DNA of 62,438 bases, filler included, from an uncultured bacterium (GCA_964449065.1; 17 parts of 17 records of this genome joined end to end with filler, not necessarily neighbours in it), one strand, 5' to 3'; positions 30,917 to 41,551 are shown, numbered from the whole stretch's first letter. The notes: generated by a model from the sequence alone, not told the origin. Numbers and translations: made by a program.

Positions 30917-31360
30917 TTAAGCTACTGCTTGCTTTAATTCATTTCGTTCGTATCTGTTTGCTTCTTCCCAGTCGAGGAGATGGAGTCCCTTGACGCGGCT
31001 GAATTCCTTGGTGTTGTGGGTGACCAGGGTGGCATTGTTGGCGAGGGCGATGGCGGCGATCATCATATCGTTGGGGCCGATGGGTTTGCCCATTTTGAAG
31101 AGTTCGTAGCGGATTTTGCCGTAATGATTGGCCGCATCGTCATCAAATTGCAGGGTTTGGTATTGCCCGAACATGTCTTCGAGCAGTTGCAGGTTGTATT
31201 GCATCTTTTTGCTGTTGTGGGCCCCGAAGAGCAGTTCGGCTTTGACGATGGAACATAAGCGGATGGCATGTTGAGGAATTTGGAGAAAGCGGTCTTTCAC
31301 AACCGGGTTGGTTCCGTTTAAGAGCTGAATCCAAACGTTTGTATCCAACAAGTACATCAT
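30917..31360 (-). CDS. vapC: VapC PIN-domain toxin
   Basis: YLLDTNV, PIGPNDMMIAAIA, LVTHNTKEFSRV. Confidence 0.93.
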   Translation of the reverse strand: MMYLLDTNVWIQLLNGTNPVVKDRFLQIPQHAIRLCSIVKAELLFGAHNSKKMQYNLQLLEDMFGQYQTLQFDDDAANHYGKIRYELFKMGKPIGPNDMMIAAIALANNATLVTHNTKEFSRVKGLHLLDWEEANRYERNELKQAVA

Positions 31361-31572
31361 GAGAACGGGTTCCGCATTTCAGGGTTGCCCTGTTCAGGAC
31401 GAACAAGCGGTTCTCCATGCCACCGGCCGATCCAACGGGAATGGAAGGTTGGAATCCAGCGTTCTTCATCCTCTACCGGGCGCAGCACGGGTTCACCGTT
31501 CCGGTCTTTAAGGACATCCGGAAGGGAAATCGATGCAGGCAATAGTTGGCGGACTTTGCGGTTCGTATCCAA
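31357..31572 (-). CDS. VapB-like antitoxin, degenerate N-terminus
   Basis: VLRPV...GRWHGEPLVRPEQG; overlaps the vapC start. Confidence 0.55.
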   Translation of the reverse strand: MDTNRKVRQLLPASISLPDVLKDRNGEPVLRPVEDEERWIPTFHSRWIGRWHGEPLVRPEQGNPEMRNPFS

Positions 31573-31663
31573 CGGTCTCTCCAGTAGAAGATAGGTAACT
31601 ATAGCAGTAATTTATGATTTCGGGAAAGGGTTTTTTTTGGGGGGGGGTTTGAATTAATAGTTA

Positions 31664-31933
31664 TTATGGCAACTCCATTTTTGTATTGCGGATACTGTGA
31701 ATTACTACTGTATCTACTTCAATAGTGTAAATCACATAATGCCCTTTGTAGACATAGCGACGTGATTCTTCATCCATTGATTTTCCAAGATGAGGATTGT
31801 CTATGAGTAAATCAAACATATGTTCAAGTCCGCCTAAATATTTTTCTGCTTGAGTTTGTCCAAAGTTTTCAACGGAATAGCGGTAAATATCCCGTAGATC
31901 GTTTTTCGCACGTGAAGTGAGTCTAACGTTCAT
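31664..31933 (-). CDS. ParE/RelE family toxin
   Basis: LTSRAKNDLRDIYRYSVENFGQTQAEKY, NPHLG, HYVIY. Confidence 0.9.
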   Translation of the reverse strand: MNVRLTSRAKNDLRDIYRYSVENFGQTQAEKYLGGLEHMFDLLIDNPHLGKSMDEESRRYVYKGHYVIYTIEVDTVVIHSIRNTKMELP

Positions 31934-32144
31934 TTTCCATTTCGGTGCGGAATTCAGCAATCATTTCAGCCATCGTTTGTTTGGGAGCCAGTCCGCTTGC
32001 CCGTGATTCTTCCTGTTCACGTTGAAGTACAGCACGCTGTTCGTCAGGGGTTAGGCTGTTCCACAGTTTTACGTCTTCTTCGGTGGGCTGTGCCGTAGAA
32101 GTAAAGCGGATACGGGAGATGTCTATGGTTTTTGTATTCGTCAT
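31923..32144 (-). CDS. Putative antitoxin of the ParE toxin
   Basis: Small ORF overlapping the toxin start. Confidence 0.65.
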   Translation of the reverse strand: MTNTKTIDISRIRFTSTAQPTEEDVKLWNSLTPDEQRAVLQREQEESRASGLAPKQTMAEMIAEFRTEMENER

Positions 32145-32146
32145 GA

Positions 32147-32407
32147 TTAATTGGAGGTATCCAAATCATTGTAAATATCCATCTCAGGATCATCCCATCC
32201 TGCACGCAATCCTGCCTGAATCAAAAGATATTGCTTTTCATCAGTTGTTAAGGGATCATCTTGATACATTAATCCCTCAATTTGTTTAAATATTTCCGCA
32301 GGAATCACAACGTATTCTTTTTCCGTTTCCGGGTCAGCAACACGGACGGGTTGACCTTGCGATAGTCTTACTGCTTGTTGAAGTTCTTTCGACAATGTGA
32401 TCATCAT
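32147..32407 (-). CDS. Small antitoxin-like protein
   Basis: PVRVADPETEKEYVVIPAE...GWDDPEMDIYND. Confidence 0.6.
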   Translation of the reverse strand: MMITLSKELQQAVRLSQGQPVRVADPETEKEYVVIPAEIFKQIEGLMYQDDPLTTDEKQYLLIQAGLRAGWDDPEMDIYNDLDTSN

Positions 32408-32848
32408 AATAATAAACTGTACTTCCGGCTTGGCGGGAGCATCGTCCTCCTGAACGAAAATACATTTGATAACTAGTACAGTGTCAACGATTAAATGACG
32501 GGTATCGATCCCCCCTACCCCCCTTATCAAGGGGGGGGCAACAACGGATAACCATCCGTCATTTTTTGATTGACAGACTACTAGAGCAATTCAGGTTTGC
32601 GTAGAGGTACAACGTGTACATCCATATACCGGCTGGAAGCCGATGCTACCCGGCTATTCAACTCTGAAACGCTCTAATCTAACTCAACTAATATTATTAC
32701 ACAAATGAATGAAATCGGCAACTCAATAGAACTGATTAAGTTTCCCTATGTTCCATCCCCTGCCAGTGGCGGGTCCACCATTCCTTGGTGTCTCCGTAGA
32801 GCTGCATGAAGATGAGAAACAACGTATTGTCCAGTTTTGGTGAAACCG

Positions 32849-33109
32849 TTATGCCGCGGATTCTTGATGCAAATCCCATCCAGGAAAGACCAAGACAGCC
32901 GGGTGACATTGTAATGCACGGGCAAGAATTTTGGCTCTTTCTACTCCCAAATTGACCCGATCGTTTTCAATAGCAGACAAGGTAGATTGCGGAATGCCGG
33001 TGAGTGTGGCCAGCTCGTTTTGGCTGAGCCCTTGTAGTTCACGAATGATGCGAACAGATTCACCGACAGAAACATCGATTCTCTTTTTCGCCTTTCTATA
33101 CTCTTTCAT
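32849..33109 (-). CDS. XRE-family HTH protein (HigA-like antitoxin)
   Basis: LSQNELATLTGIPQSTLSAIEN. Confidence 0.9.
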   Translation of the reverse strand: MKEYRKAKKRIDVSVGESVRIIRELQGLSQNELATLTGIPQSTLSAIENDRVNLGVERAKILARALQCHPAVLVFPGWDLHQESAA

Positions 33110-33110
33110 G

Positions 33111-33200
33111 TTATTTTCTCCGGTAGTCATGAGGTGTCAGATGAACGACTTGAACAAAGACCTTTTCATGATTAATCCTGTCAATCCGGCTGCTCCATGC
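33111..33200 (-). pseudogene. C-terminal remnant of a RelE/HigB-like toxin
   Basis: RINHEKVFVQVVHLTPHDYRRK directly upstream of the HigA-like gene; N-terminus missing. Confidence 0.55.
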
Positions 33201-33216
33201 CTTGCCAGTGGCGGGT

Positions 33217-33431
33217 TTACCATTCTTTGGTGTCGCTACAGAATTGCATGATATCATCAACAGAACCTTGTTGAATTTTCCCCCGTTTATATTCCTCTCT
33301 TGCTTGCTTGATATTCTGGGCAATCTGCTTTCTTCGATTCTCAATCAATCGTTTCTGCACAATATCAATCAAATCTTGCTGCTGATCTTCGGAAAAAGAT
33401 TCGATCATTTCCAGGGCTTCTTGAAAAGAGA
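33217..33431 (-). CDS. Antitoxin-like protein (5' truncated)
   Basis: LIENRRKQIAQNIKQAREEYKRG...GSVDDIM. Confidence 0.6.
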
Positions 33432-33622
33432 NNNNNNNNNNNNNNNNNNNNNNNNNNNNNNNNNNNNNNNNNNNNTTAATTAATTAANNNNNNNNNNNNN
33501 NNNNNNNNNNNNNNNNNNNNNNNNNNNNNNNAACAAAAACCATTTTTCAAGCAATCGTCAATCATGGATTGCGTAACATCAGTTATAATGAGGCTCATAC
33601 AGTAATGTTTGGAGAGGCAAAA

Positions 33623-33805
33623 ATGGAAAAAACTATATTCAGCGATATCACACCGGAAGACTGGAAATCTCTATCCGCCGCATTGGAAGAAGCCAATAAT
33701 GAAATGGCGGCGGCCATAGAACGAATGAAGAAAGATCAAGAAGAGATTGACCGGTTGAAAATTCAAACCCGTGCTACATTGGACAGATTAAAGGCGATGC
33801 AATAA
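33623..33805 (+). CDS. Small coiled-coil hypothetical protein
   Basis: RBS GGAGAG; MEKTIFSDITPEDW... Confidence 0.6.
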   Translation: MEKTIFSDITPEDWKSLSAALEEANNEMAAAIERMKKDQEEIDRLKIQTRATLDRLKAMQ

Positions 33806-34024
33806 ATGTTAAATCAACTTTTTAATTTTTCGAAACATCTCCTATTCCTAGTACACGAAACGCAACAAAACAAATCGGATATCAAAGAATTACGAAATGA
33901 ATTAGATGAGTTGTCAGATTTTGTTGAAGATATTGCAGTTGATATTCAAAGAATGCGCGAGAATGAAACGCATGAACGGGAAAAATTGGTTCTCCGGTTG
34001 GAAAATGAATTGTTGAAATTTTAG
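33806..34024 (+). CDS. Small coiled-coil hypothetical protein (possible premature TAG)
   Basis: Abuts previous ORF; ends EKLVLRLENELLKF*. Confidence 0.55.
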   Translation: MLNQLFNFSKHLLFLVHETQQNKSDIKELRNELDELSDFVEDIAVDIQRMRENETHEREKLVLRLENELLKF

Positions 34025-34294
34025 AACCGCCTTCAAATTAAAGACGATGATTCTTCCAGGGAATAAAATAGTCCTAGTACAGTGTCAACGATTTATTGAC
34101 GGGTATCGATGCTCCCTAGCCCCTTAATAAGGGGGGGGCAACAACGTATAACGAACTGTCTTTTTTGATTGACAGATTACTACAGAAGACCTGTTTCAAT
34201 TTAAAACACTCTTTTTATCATTTTGTGATATACTTATTTTTTTGCTTGGGGGTATTGTATGTTAAAATAAGCCTGTATTGTGAGAGGGTAATCC

Positions 34295-35743
34295 ATGGAT
34301 TTGCATACCAAAAAAGCCAAAATTCTTTGCACCATCGGTCCATCGTCCAACAGCATAGAGATTTTGAAAAGCATGTATAACGCCGGGATGGATGCCGCCC
34401 GCATCAATACCAGCCACGGCACCTTTGACGATTACCGGCAAATTATTGCCAACTTGCGTGCGGTAGGTAACATGCCGATTGTGATGGACACGCAGGGGCC
34501 CAAAATTCGCCTGCGCATGAAACAAGAAAAGACCATTATGGCGTGTGAACAACTTGAAGTTGGCTTTGACCCCGGCAACGACTGCTACCTGGATGCTCCG
34601 GTGATGGAGCAGTTGGGCGTGGGGGATCACGCGCTCTTGGATGACGGCGCCTTTGAGGCGATCATAGAAAGCCGCGATCACCGCACCATAACTTTCCGCT
34701 TTATGAACGGCGGCCACCTCACCAGCGGCCGGGCGGTTAACTTTCCCCGCAAAGAATTGCCGCTGGCTACCCTCACGGAAAAGGACAAGCAAAGTTTGGA
34801 TTTCGCCAAAGAGATGGATATCGATTACATCGGCCTCTCGTTCTCGCGCGGCAAAATTGACCTGCAAACATGCCGGTATTATTTGGGGGACTGTGCCGTT
34901 AAGATCATCGCCAAGATCGAAAACCAACAGGGGGTAGACAACTTTGACGAGATATTGGAAAATGCCGACGGCATCATGATCGCCCGCGGCGATATGGGCG
35001 TGGAACTGCCGCCCGAAGAAATCCCCATTATTCAAAAGCAGCTGATTCACAAATGCAACGAGGTCGGCAAGCCGGTAATCACCGCCACCCAAATGCTGCA
35101 ATCGATGGTCAACAACCCCCGGCCCACCCGTGCCGAAACCTCCGACGTCGCCAACGCGATATTGGACGGTTCCGATATCGTCATGCTTTCCGGCGAAACC
35201 GCCAACGGCAAATACCCGGTCGAAGCCGTGCGCATGATGTCCCGTGTGGCGTTGCACGCCGAAAAAGAAATCGAACGTCCGCATGAAATTCACGTCGGCA
35301 GAGGGGTCGAACGCGCGATTTGCGATTCGGTCAAAATGCTTAGCGATTCCGCCGGGGTGGAGAAAATTGTTACCGTTACCCGTCACGGCAATACCGCCAA
35401 ATTGATATCCCGCCTGCGCTTGCAGCCCAATATTTACGCGCTGACTTCAGACGAACGCAGCTTTCGCGAACTGCATCTCTATTTCGGCATCATCCCGGTG
35501 ATGTACAACACCAGCGAAGAACTCATCAGCGCGGCGGATGCAGGCGTTTTCTTGCATGAACAGGGACTAATCGAAGACCACGAACTGATCCTCATCACAT
35601 CCGCGGAACATCAGCCCTCCGACCTGCGCACCAACGCGATACAGATCGTGCATGTGGGAGACCTCATCAAATGCTACGCCCATGACGGCCAACAGTGCCT
35701 GACCAAAGAGGCCGTGGAGTCGCAATCGAAGTCAAAGGAATGA
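34295..35743 (+). CDS. pyk: Pyruvate kinase
   Basis: KILCTIGP, ARINTSHG, DTQGPKIR, IAKIE, ARGDMG, TQMLQSM, PTRAE, MLSGET. Confidence 0.96.
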   Translation: MDLHTKKAKILCTIGPSSNSIEILKSMYNAGMDAARINTSHGTFDDYRQIIANLRAVGNMPIVMDTQGPKIRLRMKQEKTIMACEQLEVGFDPGNDCYLDAPVMEQLGVGDHALLDDGAFEAIIESRDHRTITFRFMNGGHLTSGRAVNFPRKELPLATLTEKDKQSLDFAKEMDIDYIGLSFSRGKIDLQTCRYYLGDCAVKIIAKIENQQGVDNFDEILENADGIMIARGDMGVELPPEEIPIIQKQLIHKCNEVGKPVITATQMLQSMVNNPRPTRAETSDVANAILDGSDIVMLSGETANGKYPVEAVRMMSRVALHAEKEIERPHEIHVGRGVERAICDSVKMLSDSAGVEKIVTVTRHGNTAKLISRLRLQPNIYALTSDERSFRELHLYFGIIPVMYNTSEELISAADAGVFLHEQGLIEDHELILITSAEHQPSDLRTNAIQIVHVGDLIKCYAHDGQQCLTKEAVESQSKSKE

Positions 35744-35916
35744 TGAGTGATGAGTGATGAGTAAGGACCATCCTGCATCATAAAGAAAACCCATGAGGGC
35801 AGGGTGTGCCCGCCGCATAAGAACTATGATAGTACTGTCAATGACAAAGCGGGATAACATCTTCAAACAACAAATCAACTCCATCCGGCAGCCCACCGGA
35901 TATCTGAGACAACTTC

Positions 35917-36945
35917 ATGAAAAAGAACCCCAAATACCTCATCCTCGAAGCCGCCATTGTCCTCTTCGCCATATCCCTCTTGCTGTGGTATGCCGTCCCC
36001 CGCTTTCTTGAATCGCAAAACATCAACACGGTGGAAAACTTCCCCGACCCGCAAGTGCGCCGCGCCGTGGAAAAGTTTATGGGGGTGGAAGAGAATGGTT
36101 ATTTTACTCAACGGCAAGCACGAATAAAAATTGACAGTTTAGCGCTAACCCCCTATGCGAATTCAATTTTAATTCGTCCTCGTTTAGAGTTTAAACATTA
36201 CAAGAATGGCAAATCAACCATAATCACTGGAATCTCAAACCTTTCTGGAATTCAGTTTTTCTCATCGATTACTGGTTTATCGTTTGTTGCTACCGAAAAG
36301 ATTACAGAATTAAATCTATTACATCACACACACTTAAAAAGTATTAATATTTGGGGTGCAAATATTAACAATGCATCTTTTGCGATTTGTAATGAATTAA
36401 AACGTCTGACATTATTTCATTGTAATTTAAAACATTTGAGCATAACCACAAATACGATACTAACATATCTTAATGTAAGTCATAACCATTTAAGCGGTCT
36501 TTTTATTGAAAATAATCCTAAACTTCAAGTTATAGTCTGTGATAACAACCAAATTGATAAATTAGATTTATCGAATCATCAAAATTTGGAAATGGTAATC
36601 ATTCGAAACAACAATATTCGAGAAATTGATTTATCTTCTTCACCAAAGATTTATCAAATTGATGTGTCGAATAATCCCCTGATGAAACTGGATCTAAGAA
36701 AACATTACAAACTTACAACATTGATAATCGATGAAGAGCAATTATACAATGCTGCGTTTCTTCTGCATCCGTCTGTGCGTCGTTCATCAGAGTTTATTAT
36801 TTCTGTCGAACCAAAACACCCAAATCAACAAATTCAAAACCAGCAAGATATCCAAGCGCAAATCCAACGGATTTTACAAAGCGAAAAACCAGCATCGGCT
36901 TCAACAAATTCAGATACTTCAACCAAACGCCCGCTGGACTTCTGA
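35917..36945 (+). CDS. Membrane-anchored leucine-rich-repeat protein
   Basis: N-terminal TM, FPDPQVR cap, LxxLxxxxNxL repeats. Confidence 0.85.
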   Translation: MKKNPKYLILEAAIVLFAISLLLWYAVPRFLESQNINTVENFPDPQVRRAVEKFMGVEENGYFTQRQARIKIDSLALTPYANSILIRPRLEFKHYKNGKSTIITGISNLSGIQFFSSITGLSFVATEKITELNLLHHTHLKSINIWGANINNASFAICNELKRLTLFHCNLKHLSITTNTILTYLNVSHNHLSGLFIENNPKLQVIVCDNNQIDKLDLSNHQNLEMVIIRNNNIREIDLSSSPKIYQIDVSNNPLMKLDLRKHYKLTTLIIDEEQLYNAAFLLHPSVRRSSEFIISVEPKHPNQQIQNQQDIQAQIQRILQSEKPASASTNSDTSTKRPLDF

Positions 36946-36992
36946 CAGGAGATCGAATAGTAATAAGTGATTATTGATGGGGAGGAAGCACG

Positions 36993-37081
36993 ATGAAACG
37001 CGGTTTCACTTTAATCGAACTGTTGGTCGTGGTTGCCATTATCGGCATTTTGGCGGCGATTGCGGTGCCGAACTTTTTAAA
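36993..37081 (+). CDS. Prepilin-type N-terminal cleavage/methylation protein (truncated)
   Basis: MKRGFTLIELLVVVAIIGILAAIAVPNFL. Confidence 0.9.
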
Positions 37082-37335
37082 NNNNNNNNNNNNNNNNNNN
37101 NNNNNNNNNNNNNNNNNNNNNNNNNTTAATTAATTAANNNNNNNNNNNNNNNNNNNNNNNNNNNNNNNNNNNNNNNNNNNNTACCTTCAATGTCAGAACT
37201 ATTATTTTCAATACCAGAAATAAAAGAATCTACACTCGAAATCACCCATGAGAGCGAAACTCATGCTGAATACAAGTGTAAAAACATCTTTTGCTACTTC
37301 TGTGAGTTCATAGAAATAAACAACAAAAAGACTCA

Positions 37336-37818
37336 GAGGGTGTATGCAAATTAAATATTTTGGTATAAGTTTTTGCATGATTCAACCTTAGGAGGACGAC
37401 ATGCGTAAAGCTTATCCAGATGACTTAACAGACAAAGAATGGGAACAAATTGAACCTCTTACTAGTAGTGGTTCAAGCTATCGTAATGCAGGAAGAAAAC
37501 CAACACACTCTCGGCGAGAAATGCTCAATGCCATTTTTTACTTACTAAGAACTGGCTGCCAATGGCGCCATCTACCACATGACTTCCCCCCATGGACAGC
37601 TGTGCAAGGACAATATTCTAGATGGAAAAGAAAAGGAGTCTTTCAAAACATCCATGATCATTTACGAAAGAAATTGCGGGTTTTGGTTGGTAAGAATGAA
37701 AATGCAAGTGCAGGAATAGCTGACAGTCAATCTGTAAAGACAACAGAAAAAGGGGGCTCAAAGGCTATGACGGAGGAAAAAAGATCAAGGGACGGAAAAG
37801 ACATATAGTCGTTGATAC
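37336..37818 (+). mobile_element. IS5-family element, truncated by IS21
   Basis: GAGGGTGTATG left end; ORF 37401-37808 (YPDDLTDKEW, GCQWRHLPHDFPPW, IADSQSVK); A5G5 slippery site 37747-37756 continuing GYDGGKKIKGRKRHIVVDT. Confidence 0.85.
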
Positions 37819-37947
37819 TGTATTCGGCAACGTAAAATTGAGAGCCTGCGCAAGCTAAAATCGAGAGTCCATCTCAAATCAAAAAAAGACCTCAACTGTT
37901 AAGATGATGTTATATCAAAAGCATCTCGAAACAGCGAGGTCAAGGAA

Positions 37948-39483
37948 ATGATTAGAATGGACGAAATCAATAAAATAAGAAAGGCTTTTTTTGTAAAAGG
38001 AGAAAGCTGCAACAGTATTGCCAAGAAATTAAACCGTTCTTGGGATACTGTGAATCGCATTGTCAAAATGCCTCGCGAGGAATTGGAAAATCGGGGCAAG
38101 CGACCGAACAGAAAGGCTCCCGTGAAAACTCCTACAGTAGTAAGAGCTATTCGGGAACTTTTAGAAGAAGAAATTGAAAAAAGAGTTAAGAAGAAACAAA
38201 AATATACAGCTGCAACAATTTATAAGAAACTGACTGAGCAAGGAATCTATCATGGCTCTGTGAGAAGCATGCAAGACATAGTAAAGTCTTTGAGAGAAGA
38301 ATTAAAACAAACCACGCAAAAATCTTTTTTGCCATTGGTATTTTCCCTCGGTTCTGCTTTACAGATAGACCATGGTGAAGTAGATGTTATTATCAACGAA
38401 GACAGGTATCGGGCATATTTGTTTGTGGCGAGCGTACCTGGACAGGCTATTCGCTATACTCAAGTCTTTGCATGTAAGTCTCTCGAGGCGTGGGGAGAAT
38501 TTCACGAAAGGGCATTTTGCTTCTTTGGTGGTGTTTTCCCTCAAGTCATTTATGACAACGATACTGTACTTGTAAAAAAGGTATTGGGCGACGAAAGGCG
38601 GCAAACAAGTTTTTCCGTTGGTATGGAAGAGCATTACGGATTTCATAGTCACTTTTGCAACTTGGCAGCAGGTAACGAAAAAGGTGCTGTAGAAAACGGA
38701 GTCGGTTTCTGTAGACGCAATTTCTTACCCGGCCTCCCTCGCTTTGCAAGCTGGGATGACCTTAATACTTTTTTGCATTCACTATCTAAAAAAGATATTG
38801 AGGAAAATATTCATTACAAAACTCAAGAAAAGATACTCGATATATTTACAAAATTGACACCTCTTTTAAGTCCTTTATCCAAAAGTAAAAAATGGAGAAA
38901 GTGGCTCAATTGTCGTGTTGATTGTTGTCAACTAATTACAGCAGATCATCACCAATATTCCGTTCCAGAATCATTTGTAGGAACCTATTTAAGGGTAGCT
39001 TTGTCAGTAGATCAAGTTGAGATTTTTGACAAACATGAGCTTATCACATCTCATGTGAGGCAATATGGCAAAGCAGACTCTCTACAGTTGGAACACTACT
39101 TAAATCAGCTTTTACGCAAGCCAAATGCATTTTGGCATTGCAAAGCTGTATATCAGCATAAGTTTGAGTCAATCCTAATGCAGATTTGGCAACGCCTTCG
39201 AGAAAAACACGACAATAAAGAAGCGAATAGACAATTTGTTGCCATTTTGATGCTGAAACGAAAGTTTTCTGAAAAACAAATTAGAGAAGCAATAGAATTA
39301 GCATTAGAATATGGCGCTATTGAATATGCAGCAGTAAAAAATATTATCTATCAGCTGGAGATGCCATGTAATTATTTTAAACAAGATAATATTAAGAAAT
39401 TATTGCCGACATCACTCAGTGTATCAACATGGCAATTTGATCTCTCTTTATACGCAGAGCTTAGTCAGGAGGTGTTTTTATGA
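37948..39483 (+). CDS. istA: IS21 transposase
   Basis: QIDHG, YDND, EKGAVENGVG, YSVP. Confidence 0.93.
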   Translation: MIRMDEINKIRKAFFVKGESCNSIAKKLNRSWDTVNRIVKMPREELENRGKRPNRKAPVKTPTVVRAIRELLEEEIEKRVKKKQKYTAATIYKKLTEQGIYHGSVRSMQDIVKSLREELKQTTQKSFLPLVFSLGSALQIDHGEVDVIINEDRYRAYLFVASVPGQAIRYTQVFACKSLEAWGEFHERAFCFFGGVFPQVIYDNDTVLVKKVLGDERRQTSFSVGMEEHYGFHSHFCNLAAGNEKGAVENGVGFCRRNFLPGLPRFASWDDLNTFLHSLSKKDIEENIHYKTQEKILDIFTKLTPLLSPLSKSKKWRKWLNCRVDCCQLITADHHQYSVPESFVGTYLRVALSVDQVEIFDKHELITSHVRQYGKADSLQLEHYLNQLLRKPNAFWHCKAVYQHKFESILMQIWQRLREKHDNKEANRQFVAILMLKRKFSEKQIREAIELALEYGAIEYAAVKNIIYQLEMPCNYFKQDNIKKLLPTSLSVSTWQFDLSLYAELSQEVFL

Positions 39484-40247
39484 TCAATGATCTTTTAACC
39501 ACATTAAAAATGAATGGTGCGCTTGAAGCATTGCCGAGTCTAGAAAATGTTAAGGACAAGACACAATTTCTTGTTGGCCTCTTACAAGCTGAAATAGAAT
39601 ACAGGGCTATTCGTGCGGCCAAACGACGGTTGTCTCGGGCAAAATTCCCAGTAGAAAAAGAGTGGTGTGATATTGACCCCTCATTGAATCCGGAAATTGA
39701 TTTTTCAAAAATTATGTCATTGGGGAAGGGAGATTTCATTGCTCAAAACAAGAACCTATGCTTAATGGGTCAACAAGGCACTGGCAAAACGCATAGTTTG
39801 ATAGCGCTAGGAAGGCAGCTTTGTCGTAGAGGAGTTACAGTAAGATTTCATACTGCCTGCGAACTAGTCAACCATCTAGAGGAAGCTAAGGCCAATCATA
39901 GCTTGAGTAAGCTAATGCAGACACTTGTTAAACCTCAATTGTTGATAATAGATGAGCTAGGCTTTGTTCCTTTTTCTGAAAATGGCGCCCGACTTCTTTT
40001 TGATGTCTTTGCTAGTCGTTACGAAAGAGGTCCTATTGCTGTGAGTACTAACTTGTCATTTGACAAGTGGGTTCAGATCTTTGGGACAGCAGAGTTGACA
40101 GCGGCTTTAGTAGACCGATTTACTCATAGATGTCTTATTTTAAGTTATAAGGGGCAGTCAGTTCGTCTAGTTGAAGCAAAGAAAAGCCTAGCTAAAACTA
40201 GAAAAAAACGACTTGAAAGAAAGCAGGAAGATGAGGCATATGTATAA
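39480..40247 (+). CDS. istB: IS21 helper ATPase
   Basis: GQQGTGKT, LIIDELG, STNLSF, AALVDRFTH. Confidence 0.95.
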   Translation: MINDLLTTLKMNGALEALPSLENVKDKTQFLVGLLQAEIEYRAIRAAKRRLSRAKFPVEKEWCDIDPSLNPEIDFSKIMSLGKGDFIAQNKNLCLMGQQGTGKTHSLIALGRQLCRRGVTVRFHTACELVNHLEEAKANHSLSKLMQTLVKPQLLIIDELGFVPFSENGARLLFDVFASRYERGPIAVSTNLSFDKWVQIFGTAELTAALVDRFTHRCLILSYKGQSVRLVEAKKSLAKTRKKRLERKQEDEAYV

Positions 40248-40498
40248 TTGCAAACAAAATAGTAACCGCAGAGCCTTCTATAGAGGAGGCTCTCGGTGAA
40301 ATAGATGGAGAGTTTTTCAAGCATCGTTGTAAAGTATGTTATCTAAGTCTTTTTCTTAAAAAGATTTATGTAAGATTATAAAACCATTAACAGTGAATTG
40401 TAGAAATTAAATGCTGGCTGGGAGCATTAACAGGATTTGAGTCCCAAAACTCTCGATTTTACGCTGCGTTTGTTCTCGATTTTATCTTGCGCAATACA

Positions 40499-40726
40499 AT
40501 GTGCACATTCAGGAGTGAAAAATATTTTAGATGTAGCTTCAACATTCGGGAAACCTATAGCCCTTATCGGTGGAATGCACGATTTTATGGATTTTGAAGT
40601 GTTAGAAAATTTAAATGTTATATGTCCTACCCATTGCACAAAACATAAAGCAGATATTGAAAAATTCTGTCAGAAGCTTCAAAATCTCCCTTCTCTATTT
40701 AATTCAGCTTTGAATTCAATTCAATT
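40499..40726 (+). pseudogene. C-terminal fragment of an MBL-fold metallo-hydrolase cut by IS21
   Basis: CAHSG...LIGGMH...PTHCT begins at the IS21 right end. Confidence 0.7.
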
Positions 40727-40829
40727 NNNNNNNNNNNNNNNNNNNNNNNNNNNNNNNNNNNNNNNNNNNNTTAATTAATTAANNNNNNNNNNNNNNNNNN
40801 NNNNNNNNNNNNNNNNNNNNNNNNNNTAA

Positions 40830-41098
40830 CTGACGTTACGCAAAATTCTATACGGTAGGTATTGTTGCGAGCTTCAAACCCGTTTCGATAGTCACTAAAT
40901 AAGAAGAAATACAACAAAATATGGAGGCAGTAATGCCCGTATAAAAACGTTGAGAAATTTGAAATGCAGTACAATAACCCCCTTACATAAGGGGGTGGAG
41001 CCGTAGGCTCCGGGGGATTTTGCGTTGTTGAAAGCGTGCTTCGATCCCCCCCCTTAATAAGGGGGGATAACAACAGTCTCTTCGTTGCGTAACATGAG
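40830..41098. mobile_element. Complete family-A-type MITE (CTGACGTTACGCA...TGCGTAACATGAG) with different internal content
   Basis: Both TIRs present; two CCCCCTT..AAGGGGG palindromes inside. Confidence 0.75.
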
Positions 41099-41551
41099 TT
41101 ATTCAGAAGAATTAGGCGAGTCTATAATAAGAGTTACCGGCCCGTCATTCACCAGTTCAACATCCATCATGGCGCCGAATTGGCCGGTTTCGGTTGGAAT
41201 GCCTTTCGCGCGCAGATACTCGATGCCTTTGTTGTATAATTCTTCCGCAAGATCAGGGGGGGCGGAACGGTCAAAATTGGGGCGGCGGCCTTTACGGCAA
41301 TCGCCATAAAGAGTGAATTGGGATACCAACAAGATGCTGCCTTGAATATCTTCAAGCGACAAATCGAATTTCCCGTCTTCGTTTGAGAATATCCGCAACA
41401 CGCTTAGTTTATCCAAAAGCCAGTGAAGATCCTTTTCGGTATCGTTTTTCTCCACGGCAAGCAAGACGAGCAATCCTTGCCCGATCTTGCCGGTGACGGT
41501 TTGATCCACATGGACTGACGCCCGGCTGACACGCTGAACCACTGCCCGCAT
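41099..41551 (-). CDS. dtd: D-aminoacyl-tRNA deacylase
   Basis: [19 protein letters not shown]. Confidence 0.97.
   Translation of the reverse strand: MRAVVQRVSRASVHVDQTVTGKIGQGLLVLLAVEKNDTEKDLHWLLDKLSVLRIFSNEDGKFDLSLEDIQGSILLVSQFTLYGDCRKGRRPNFDRSAPPDLAEELYNKGIEYLRAKGIPTETGQFGAMMDVELVNDGPVTLIIDSPNSSE

Larger units (their letters stand above)
37819..40498 (+). mobile_element. IS21-family insertion sequence
   Basis: TGTATT...AATACA ends with repeated TAAAATCGAGA boxes; contains istA and istB. Confidence 0.92.
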
